Source: a virus
Lineage: Duplodnaviria > Caudoviricetes
IMG/VR virus record: IMGVR_UViG_3300025110_000112
Location: 1 to 26,060 of that record
Strand: one strand, 5' to 3'
Length of the DNA: 26,060 nt
This document shows positions 8,801-16,107 of this stretch, one piece after another; positions within the stretch are counted from its first letter, which is position 1, and the number at the start of each line of letters is the position of its first letter. The notes beneath the pieces were generated by a model, which worked only from the letters and a program-made list of their open reading frames with translations, did not search any database and was not told the origin of the DNA. Position numbers and translations under genes: made by a program.

Positions 8801-9350
8801 TGATAATAGTTCTGACATTACTATGCTTACTCTTGATGGTAGTGATGCTGGAACAGCTATATTTAATCATGATATTAAACTAGCTGATAATAACAAAGCT
8901 ATCTTTGGTGATAGTGGTGATTTAGAAATTTATCATGAGGGTAGTCATTCTTTTATAGATGATACTGGAACTGGTAGACTTTATCTAAGAGGTAATGATG
9001 GAGTTTACATTCAAAGATATACTGGCGAAGATATGATAAAAGCCATCGCTAATGGTGCAGTTAATCTTTATTATGATAACAGTATAAAATTAGCAACAAC
9101 ATCTGGTGGTGTTGATGTAACTGGTAGCATATTACCTGCTGCTGATGATACACATGATCTTGGTTCTTCATCTAAACAATGGAGAGATATATACACTGGG
9201 GATATAAATTTAAATAATACTAAAACAAGAGATAATGAAGTTGATGGAACAAGAGGTTCATGGACTATTCAAGAGGGTTCAAACGACTTGTTCTTACTAA
9301 ACAGACTTAACAATAAAAAATATAAATTTAAATTAGAGGAGATAAGCTAA
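5820..9350 (+). CDS. Tail fibre protein (1176 aa)
   Basis: Thr/Gly/Ser/Asp-rich; N-terminal anchor GENAGTWGDKTNTNL; TSTAAELNILDGV repeats; repeated I-x-LDADGGD modules; C-terminal DLGSSSKQWRDIYTGD...GSWTIQEG block typical of marine phage fibres. Confidence 0.85.
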   Translation: MASSYSDLGIELMATGENAGTWGDKTNTNLQIVEKAIAGYVEKSIAGGAATTALSITDGDTTESTSVARHAVIKLTGTITGNQIVTVPDSIEKVYIVVNGTSGAYTVQFKTASGTGITFGTTDKAARLLFSDGTNIVDTGFSTSVAADDISTGDAAVTLATSSGDITVDGPSDIILDADGGDIFFKDGGTTFGSATNTSGNLIIKSGTTTAVTFSGANATVAGNLSVGGDFDVTGSLDFSDANITNVGSIALDTITNDGTDITLDSSGDIVLDADGANITLKDGGTTVIDFVLNGSTDVTLDAPGDIKFDADGGDFNFLDGGTEILRISNSSSDVIIKPIVDAKDLIFQQRDGTEVARIEDNGTFNVVTSKLAINGTAITSTAAELNILDGVTSTAAELNILDGVTSTAAELNILDGVTSTAAELNILDGVTSTAAELNLVDGITAGTVSASKAVIVDSNKDLTGFRNLTISGDLTVSGDDITMGTNTAGNLLIADGTNFNSVAVGSLSEISTVADDDVFLAVDTSGGGLKKIARSSIVSGLATSSALSNVADDSTPQLGGNLDMNGNDIVTTSNADLELAPNGTGHVTVRGNTNSGAIQFNCESNSHGQQIKAQPHSAGVTNVMLLPDGADSTLVSLVATQTLTNKTLTTPVIAEIDSGSTITLDATTDIVLDADGGDIFFKDAGTTFGSATNNSGELLIKSGTTTAMTFSGANVTLEGNLTVSGTTTTVNSTTVNLNDHNIVLDSGNSTGAVVNGAGITIEGGSGDDATFTYNTTGPKFELKLGSSHEDLQVDQLIAGSLDISGNVDVDGTLETDALSIASTTVTSTAAELNILDGVTSTTAELNILDGVTSTAAELNILDGVTSTAAELNILDGVTSTTAELNILDGVTSTAAELNILDGVTATAAEINLIDGGTARGTTAVADGDGILHNDGGTMRMTSAATFKTYFQAGISSAADDITAGDAAVNITTSSGNITIDAAANDTDIIFKGTDNSSDITMLTLDGSDAGTAIFNHDIKLADNNKAIFGDSGDLEIYHEGSHSFIDDTGTGRLYLRGNDGVYIQRYTGEDMIKAIANGAVNLYYDNSIKLATTSGGVDVTGSILPAADDTHDLGSSSKQWRDIYTGDINLNNTKTRDNEVDGTRGSWTIQEGSNDLFLLNRLNNKKYKFKLEEIS
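6957..7151 (+). repeat. Tandem 39-bp coding repeat, 5 copies (TSTAAELNILDGV)
   Basis: Directly visible; the last copy is diverged (ELNLVDGI). Confidence 0.95.
8298..8570 (+). repeat. Tandem 39-bp coding repeat, 7 copies, containing a 117-bp higher-order duplication
   Basis: Units 1-3 (8298-8414) and 4-6 (8415-8531) differ by one synonymous base; the seventh unit is diverged. Confidence 0.95.
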
Positions 9351-9859
9351 TGGCTATTATATCAAATGGAACTACAGTTATAGATGCTGGAAGTTTATCA
9401 GCAGCAGGAAAAGTTTTACAGGTGGTTTCATCGACAAAAACTGACACTTATGCAAGTAACCCAAATAATTCTTACGTTGATATTGGTTTATCAGCTGCAA
9501 TTACTCCAGCATCATCATCAAACAAAGTTCTTGTACAAATATCTTTAATGGGTCAAGGTCTTACAGCAGTGAACGTAGCAAACTTTAGATTGCTAAGAGG
9601 TTCAACAGTTATTTATCTAGGAGATGCTGATAGTAGTAGAGGTAGAGGATTTTCTACTGGTATGACAATTGAGGAATATTCTCAAGAAAGTAATAGTGGG
9701 ACTTTCCTGGATAGTCCATCAACCACTTCAGCGACAACGTATAAAGTTCAAACTAGAAGTAACAATACAGTTTATATTAATAGAGCATCAACCAGTCAAA
9801 ATGATGAAGGTAACTTTAGAACAGCATCAACAATTACACTTATGGAAATAGGAGCTTAA
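9350..9859 (+). CDS. Tail-fibre-associated small structural protein (169 aa)
   Basis: TAATG-coupled; GKVLQVVS...ITPASSSNKVLV...LDSPSTTSATTYKVQ...STITLMEIGA pattern, a beta-sandwich type seen beside marine phage fibres. Confidence 0.7.
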   Translation: MAIISNGTTVIDAGSLSAAGKVLQVVSSTKTDTYASNPNNSYVDIGLSAAITPASSSNKVLVQISLMGQGLTAVNVANFRLLRGSTVIYLGDADSSRGRGFSTGMTIEEYSQESNSGTFLDSPSTTSATTYKVQTRSNNTVYINRASTSQNDEGNFRTASTITLMEIGA

Positions 9860-9868
9860 GGAGATATT

Positions 9869-10234
9869 ATGACAGACGTAGCAAAAGCAATAAAAGAATT
9901 AGATAGTACAGCAGGATTTGTAGTAGATGGAGAACCTACTAATGAAACAGAGTATAAATCTAATGTTAAATTTATTTCTGGTGCTGATGAAAATGGAGTT
10001 GCAGTTTTTAAAGATACACAAGATTTTACTTGGTCACAAGTTTCAGCAAAAAAAGCTGAACTACAAACTGCATATAACGCTAAAACCTATGCAAGAAAAA
10101 GAGAAAGATCTTACCCTAATTTAAAAAAATTTGCAGAAGCATACTGTGAAAAAGAAATAAATGGAGACAGTACAAAATGGGATGCTTATAAAACAGCTTA
10201 TAATAAAGTAAGATCAGATAATCCTAAGGAGTAA
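9869..10234 (+). CDS. Putative tail fibre assembly/chaperone-like protein (121 aa)
   Basis: SD AAGGAG; YARKRERSYP...KVRSDNPK C-terminus; directly after the fibre genes. Confidence 0.55.
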   Translation: MTDVAKAIKELDSTAGFVVDGEPTNETEYKSNVKFISGADENGVAVFKDTQDFTWSQVSAKKAELQTAYNAKTYARKRERSYPNLKKFAEAYCEKEINGDSTKWDAYKTAYNKVRSDNPKE

Positions 10235-10237
10235 ATT

Positions 10238-12385
10238 ATGCTTCAAAAAGTTAAATTTGCACCAGGTTTTAATAAACAAGTTACATCTACCGGTGGTGAA
10301 AGCCAATGGGTTAGTGGTGACAATGTTCGTTTTAGATATGGTTCACCTGAAAAAATAGGTGGTTGGTCTCAATTAGGGTCTGTTGATATTACAGGTCGAA
10401 ACACCGCTATCCATCATTTTGTAAATACATCAGGTATTAAATATGCAGCATTAGGCACAAACAGAATACTTTATGTTTATTCTGGTGGTATTTTTTATGA
10501 CATACACCCAATTAAATCTACTACAACTTTAACATCAGCTTTTTCTACAACTAACGGTTCTTCAACTGTTACATTAACTTTTTCTTCAGCACATAATATC
10601 AATAAATTTGATATAATATTGTTAGATAGTTTTTCATCTATTACTAATTCTAATTTTAGCGCTAGTAATTTTAATGACAATAAATTTATGGTAACGTCAA
10701 TACCAACAGATACGACACTCACAATTGATACTGGATCTAATGAATCGGGATCAGGAGCATCTACATCAGGTGGTATTCGTGTTAGACATTATTATCCTGT
10801 AGGACCAGCAATTGAAGTTGCAACAACAGGTTGGGGCCTTGGATCATGGGGCGGGCAACAAGCAGGTCAGTTTACATCAACACTATCATCAGAAATAAAT
10901 GCAAGTGTAACATCATTAACAATGGCAAGTTCATCTTCTTTCCCATCTTCAGGAACAGTTATTGTAGGAACAGAATTAATTACATATACGTCAAATAGTG
11001 GGGGAACATTATCAGGTTTAACAAGAGGTGCTTCTGGTACGACCGCTGCAACACATTCTTCCGGTGCAACGGTAACTGATGCATCAAACTTTTTTTCATG
11101 GAATGCTGCAACATCAGGAGATATTGTAACTGCACCAGGTTTATGGTCTTTAGATAATTTAGGTAATAAACTAATTGCAACAATTAATGGCGGTGAAACA
11201 TTTGAATGGAATTCAAATCCAACAGATGCCAACAGCACAAGAGCAACAATTATAAGCGGTGCACCAACAGCTTCTGCATTTACTTTAGTATCAACACCGG
11301 ATCGTCACTTAATATTTTTTGGAACAGAAACAACGATTGGAACAAAATCCACAAAAGATGAAATGTTTGTAAGATTTTCGTCTCAAGAAGATATTAATAC
11401 TTATGCACCTAGTGCAACCAATACTGCAGGTACACAAAGACTTGCAGATGGATCAAAAATTATGGGAGCAATACGTGGTCGTGATGCAATTTATATTTGG
11501 ACTGATACTGCATTATTTATTATGCGTTTTGTTGGTCCACCATTTACTTTTTCATTTCAACAAGTTGGTACTAACTGTGGATTAATAGGACAAAATGCAG
11601 CTGTTGAAGTTGATGGTGCTGCTTATTGGATGTCAGAAAATGGTTTTTTTAGATACACTGGTAAACTAGAATCATTACCATGTTTAGTTGAAGATTTTGT
11701 TTTTGACGATATTAACACAACTCCTAAACAACACATCAATGCAGGATTAAATAATTTGTTTGGTGAAATTATGTGGTTCTATCCAAGTTCAAGTTCAGAG
11801 ACTGTAAATAGAATGGTTGCATACAATTATCTTGACTCAAGTCCCGAGAGACCAGTATGGACTAGTGGTACATTAGCTAGATCCGCATGGCAAGATTCTG
11901 CTGTATTTGGTAAACCTCATGCAACAGAATATGATTCAAGTGGCACAACTGCAACAACAGATACTAATTATGTTTATGGTAATAGTGATGGTACATCAAC
12001 TTATTACGAACATGAAACAGGATTAAATCAAGTTAAAGAAGGTCTGACAACTGCAATTACTGCATCAATTGAATCTGGAGATTTTGATATAGGTACTCAA
12101 GGGCTTGCTGGTGATGGTGAGTTTATGATGAAAATAAGAAGAATTATACCAGATTTTTTAGCACAAACAGGAAATACTAGAGTTACATTAAATTTAAGAG
12201 ATTTTCCAAATGATACACAAGCAAGCTCTTCCTTAGGTCCATTTACAATAACATCAGGCACACAAAAGATAGATACACGAGCGCGTGCTAGATCAATCTC
12301 TTTAAAAATAGACAACACAAGCACAGGTCAGTTTTGGAAAGTAGGTACTTTTAGAATAGACTATCAACCAGATGGAAGAAGATAA
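10238..12385 (+). CDS. Tail nozzle / tubular protein B / packaged-DNA stabilisation protein (P22 gp10-like; 715 aa)
   Basis: Size, position and beta-propeller-like segments (DNVRFRYGSPEKIGGW, IYIWTDTALF, GTNCGLIG, AYWMSENGFF, EIMWFYPS); ends QPDGRR. Confidence 0.75.
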   Translation: MLQKVKFAPGFNKQVTSTGGESQWVSGDNVRFRYGSPEKIGGWSQLGSVDITGRNTAIHHFVNTSGIKYAALGTNRILYVYSGGIFYDIHPIKSTTTLTSAFSTTNGSSTVTLTFSSAHNINKFDIILLDSFSSITNSNFSASNFNDNKFMVTSIPTDTTLTIDTGSNESGSGASTSGGIRVRHYYPVGPAIEVATTGWGLGSWGGQQAGQFTSTLSSEINASVTSLTMASSSSFPSSGTVIVGTELITYTSNSGGTLSGLTRGASGTTAATHSSGATVTDASNFFSWNAATSGDIVTAPGLWSLDNLGNKLIATINGGETFEWNSNPTDANSTRATIISGAPTASAFTLVSTPDRHLIFFGTETTIGTKSTKDEMFVRFSSQEDINTYAPSATNTAGTQRLADGSKIMGAIRGRDAIYIWTDTALFIMRFVGPPFTFSFQQVGTNCGLIGQNAAVEVDGAAYWMSENGFFRYTGKLESLPCLVEDFVFDDINTTPKQHINAGLNNLFGEIMWFYPSSSSETVNRMVAYNYLDSSPERPVWTSGTLARSAWQDSAVFGKPHATEYDSSGTTATTDTNYVYGNSDGTSTYYEHETGLNQVKEGLTTAITASIESGDFDIGTQGLAGDGEFMMKIRRIIPDFLAQTGNTRVTLNLRDFPNDTQASSSLGPFTITSGTQKIDTRARARSISLKIDNTSTGQFWKVGTFRIDYQPDGRR

Positions 12386-12549
12386 TGGCTAGAATTGTAC
12401 AATCATTAACACAACCCGATAGAGAGTATGATCAACAAACTCAACAGTCTTTTGTAAGAGATGTGGATAGCATAGTGCAAAAATTAAATACTACCTATCA
12501 ACAAGATTTAAAAGACGAAGCAGAAGCGGAGGCATATTTCTTTGGCTAA
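12385..12549 (+). CDS. Small hypothetical protein (54 aa), absent from the ORF track
   Basis: TAATG-coupled start; MARIVQSLTQPDREYDQQTQQSFVRDVDSIVQKLNTTYQQDLKDEAEAEAYFFG*; fills the gap between its neighbours. Confidence 0.8.
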   Translation: MARIVQSLTQPDREYDQQTQQSFVRDVDSIVQKLNTTYQQDLKDEAEAEAYFFG

Positions 12550-12883
12550 TTCATTTGTAAATAAAAAAGTAGATTTAACTTCTACATCAGCTACAATATT
12601 GTATACTGTGCCATCAGCAACCACTGCTATTATAAAGTCTATATTAGTATCAGAAGACTCTGGTAATGCAGATACTATAACGATCACTATTACTGATACA
12701 TCAGATGCTGTATTTAGTTTATTTAAGACTAAATCAATATCAGCAAATGGCACAACAGAATTACTTACAGCGCCTTTAGTACTACAGGAAAGTGAAGTAT
12801 TAAAAGTGACTGCAGCTACGGCTAATCGACTACATGTAATCTTATCAGCGCTTGAATCTAAGCCTAGAGAAGTTACAACATAG
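12542..12883 (+). CDS. Putative small tail structural protein (113 aa, TTG start)
   Basis: GGAGG at 12528-12532, TTG at 12542; LYTVPSATTAIIKSILVS...PLVLQESEVLKV beta-sandwich pattern. Confidence 0.7.
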   Translation: MANSFVNKKVDLTSTSATILYTVPSATTAIIKSILVSEDSGNADTITITITDTSDAVFSLFKTKSISANGTTELLTAPLVLQESEVLKVTAATANRLHVILSALESKPREVTT

Positions 12884-12885
12884 TC

Positions 12886-12945
12886 TTGATTTACTTGTTA
12901 AAAACAAGTATTAGTATAAATTCAGGTTAAATACCTGCCTTTTTA
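12886..12945 (+). promoter_or_regulatory. Possible promoter/operator region upstream of the internal-protein genes
   Basis: TTGATT/TTTACT and TAGTAT/TATAAA elements with non-ideal spacing; inverted repeat TACTTGTT(12892-12899)/AACAAGTA(12903-12910); small CAGGT/ACCTG hairpin followed by a T-run. Confidence 0.4.
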
Positions 12946-12967
12946 ATATAAACAAAATTTAATATAT

Positions 12968-14794
12968 ATGATTACAAGATCTCAAATGCGAAGACAACTA
13001 CGTGCAAAAGGTGGCATCATGAATGCCGTGCCTAGACAAAAATATGGTATTGGAGATTTTGTTAGAAAACTTATACCTAATGAATTAGCAGACATTGCAG
13101 TTAAAGCTGCACCGTTTGTTGCACCATTTAATCCTGGTATTGCAGCAGCAATGAGAGGTATTGGTCGTTATGATCAAAGAGGCAGTATCAGTGATGCACT
13201 TAAACAAGGTCTTGGAACTTATGTTGGAGGACAAGGTCTTAGAATGTTAGGTGGAGCAGGGCCACAACAAAATTTTTTTGGAACAGCAGGTGATAGATTT
13301 ACTTCTCCGTTAAATTCCTCAAGAACAACATCATTAAAAAATTTATTTCAAAAAGATAAAGTAAATCCTTTTGAAGAAACTGCAAACGCAGGTAAAAAAA
13401 TAGCAACAGGAAAAGGTGTAGGATTTATAAGAGACGCGACAGGACTATTTAAAGACGTTCCAATACTAAAAAATTTACCTTCATTAGTAAAACAACAAAT
13501 ATTAGTTGGTGGAGCAACTAGTGCAGCAACATATCTTTATAGTGCTTTTATAGCAGAAGAGCCACCTCAACAAGAAGGTGAGACTATGGAAGAATATCTA
13601 GCAAGAAGAAAAGAAAACGTTGGTAAAAAAATGAGAAGTTATTTTGATAACTATTTTAAATTTGATAAAGAGTATTCTTCATTGGATGATGCAGGCAAAG
13701 ATGCATTTGTTGCAAGATACAATATGATGTCAGGTGGACGTGCCGGTTATCAAACGGGTGGTATTACTATGGCAAATACACTTGCAGAAAACATGAGACG
13801 TAATTTAGCAAATCAACAAGCAGTATCACAACAGTTTCAAGCAGCAAGAAGCAGGCTACCAGGTTATGTTGCACCACAAAGAATAGCTGCACCTACACCA
13901 ACACCTATAGAACCTGATATGCCAATATCTAAACCAGTTCAACCTCCAGGTGGGGATGTTCAACCTATATTACCAGTAATGCCTATTACACAACCGATAG
14001 AACCACCTGAAAAAATAATGCCTATGGAACCACCTAGAAAAATAATTCAACCAATGCCTCCTATGGAAACTGATTTTTCTAAAAAAATAAATTGGCAACC
14101 AGGACAACCTGCTCCTGAAGGATTTAAAGTAGAAAAAATGTTAGGTGACGAATTTTTAGTACCTGATGATTCACAATACATGCCACCAACAGAAGAAGAA
14201 TCTTTAATCGGAGGACCAGTGCCTCCAGTAAAAACAGACGAAGAAATTTTAACAGAGAGAGAATTAAATCCACCTACTCAACCAGGTTTTCTAAGCTACA
14301 ACGACCCTTTACCTAAAGATCAATTATTATCTGGGTTTGAACAGTTTAAAAAAGATAACCCTGAAGTAATGCAAGGTGCTGGAACAGCGGCTATGGTTCC
14401 AGTTACATTACCAGGTGGATATAGTTATGATTTTACAGGTAGTTTAGAAGCAAATGCTTTTCGTAAATATCTAGAATCTATTAGACAGGCACCTTATCAA
14501 AGTAGAAGACAACCTGGAGATCTGGCTAAACTAAAAAGACTAGCAGGTGGTGGTATGCCTATGGGTGAGCCTAGAGTCAATCAAGGTGGTATCACAGAAT
14601 TAGATTACAGAGCTAAAGGTGGATTCGTACCAGTTGGTATAAAAGAAAAAGCAGATGACGTTCCAGCAATGTTATCAAAGAATGAGTTTGTATTTACAGC
14701 GGATGCTGTAAGAGGAGCAGGCAACGGCAGTGTTGAAAAAGGAGCACAAAAGATGTATGATACAATGAAAAATTTAGAGAGAAGGGTTACTTAA
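12968..14794 (+). CDS. Putative internal virion/ejection protein with Pro-rich insert (608 aa)
   Basis: Follows the tail genes; Gly/Ala-rich amphipathic N-terminus, Pro/Met-rich middle, C-terminal AKGG...ADDVPAMLSKNEFVFTADAV motif. Confidence 0.65.
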   Translation: MITRSQMRRQLRAKGGIMNAVPRQKYGIGDFVRKLIPNELADIAVKAAPFVAPFNPGIAAAMRGIGRYDQRGSISDALKQGLGTYVGGQGLRMLGGAGPQQNFFGTAGDRFTSPLNSSRTTSLKNLFQKDKVNPFEETANAGKKIATGKGVGFIRDATGLFKDVPILKNLPSLVKQQILVGGATSAATYLYSAFIAEEPPQQEGETMEEYLARRKENVGKKMRSYFDNYFKFDKEYSSLDDAGKDAFVARYNMMSGGRAGYQTGGITMANTLAENMRRNLANQQAVSQQFQAARSRLPGYVAPQRIAAPTPTPIEPDMPISKPVQPPGGDVQPILPVMPITQPIEPPEKIMPMEPPRKIIQPMPPMETDFSKKINWQPGQPAPEGFKVEKMLGDEFLVPDDSQYMPPTEEESLIGGPVPPVKTDEEILTERELNPPTQPGFLSYNDPLPKDQLLSGFEQFKKDNPEVMQGAGTAAMVPVTLPGGYSYDFTGSLEANAFRKYLESIRQAPYQSRRQPGDLAKLKRLAGGGMPMGEPRVNQGGITELDYRAKGGFVPVGIKEKADDVPAMLSKNEFVFTADAVRGAGNGSVEKGAQKMYDTMKNLERRVT

Positions 14795-16107
14795 TGGAAA
14801 ATATGATGATGGCTTCAGCGCCAGATGCAATGGATGAAAGAAACCAGGTTATGGAATCAATAGCCATGAAACAATTTGGTAAACCTTTGAACGAATTAAG
14901 TGACGATGAAATTATTCAAATAGAAATGATGATAGACGAAATGGTTAAAAGAAAAGACCAACCAAGAAAAATGGCGTCTATGGACGAAAATGAAAGAGAG
15001 TTTATGAGACTTGTCGAAGAGTTTATGGAACAAGGTTTCAGTCAACAAGAAGCAATTGAAGAAGCTAAAGATACACTTGAAAGACAAGCTATAGCTACAG
15101 GTGGTAGAGTTGGTCTTCAAACAGGCGGTATTACAGAATCAAGAACACTTCCACCAGAGTTTGTAGAAGCAGCACAGAAAACATATCTAACTGATTTATC
15201 AAGACAAGCAGGTATACCAAGTATTACAACTGCAACAACTCAACAACCTGGTGAGACTTCAGAACAATTTGCAAATAGAAAAGCACAAGCTGAACAGTTT
15301 GGTATTAGAAGAGCAGGGATGGCAGAACTTGCACCGCAAGTTGCAGCACAGGATCCTTATCAAGCAGCAGCATATGCACAAGCAACAGATCCTTCAACAG
15401 GCCTTGGCTCTTATCAACCATTTTTAACAAAAGCTGGAGCAGCGGCAGACGCAGGTACAGCGTTGACTGGAACAGGCGCAGGTACAGGAGCAGGATCAAT
15501 TCAATCTTACATGTCACCTTACCAACAACAAGTTATTGACACAACGATGCAAGACTTTGATCAACAAGCAAAGATCAGAGCAAATGAACAAGCAGCAGCT
15601 GCACTAGGTGTACCAGGTGCTTTTGGCGGTGGACGTGAAGGTGTACAAAGAGCCCAGTATCAGGCACAAAGCGACCAGAATCGAGCACAAACATTAGCAG
15701 GTTTAAGACAAACAGGTTTTCAAAATGCAGCAAATAGAAGACAACAAGATTTAGCAAACCAAATGGGTATTGCAAACCTACAACAAGGTTTAGGTGGAGC
15801 AGCACAAGACTTTAGCAGAGCACAAATATCTGGTCTTGGCACATTAGGTTCAGCACAACAAACACAAAACCAAGCTATACTTGATGCACAAAGACAAGCA
15901 GCACAGATGGCTGTTCAAGATCCAAGAGACAGATTAAATATGTATGGTCAAGGTATTGCACAAATAACACCAGGCGCAGGTGCGGTGCGTTTAGATCCAA
16001 CAGCCGCTACAGCACCATCAGCTAGTCCGTTAGCACAAGCACTAGGATATGGATTAGCAGGAGCAGATATTTATGGAAGATTGTTTCCGAAAGGATTTGG
16101 TAACTAG
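14794..16107 (+). CDS. Putative DNA ejection/pilot protein (437 aa)
   Basis: TAATG-coupled; Gln/Ala-rich helical body (YMSPYQQQVID, AFGGGREGV) with a Gly-rich hydrophobic C-terminal helix. Confidence 0.65.
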   Translation: MENMMMASAPDAMDERNQVMESIAMKQFGKPLNELSDDEIIQIEMMIDEMVKRKDQPRKMASMDENEREFMRLVEEFMEQGFSQQEAIEEAKDTLERQAIATGGRVGLQTGGITESRTLPPEFVEAAQKTYLTDLSRQAGIPSITTATTQQPGETSEQFANRKAQAEQFGIRRAGMAELAPQVAAQDPYQAAAYAQATDPSTGLGSYQPFLTKAGAAADAGTALTGTGAGTGAGSIQSYMSPYQQQVIDTTMQDFDQQAKIRANEQAAAALGVPGAFGGGREGVQRAQYQAQSDQNRAQTLAGLRQTGFQNAANRRQQDLANQMGIANLQQGLGGAAQDFSRAQISGLGTLGSAQQTQNQAILDAQRQAAQMAVQDPRDRLNMYGQGIAQITPGAGAVRLDPTAATAPSASPLAQALGYGLAGADIYGRLFPKGFGN

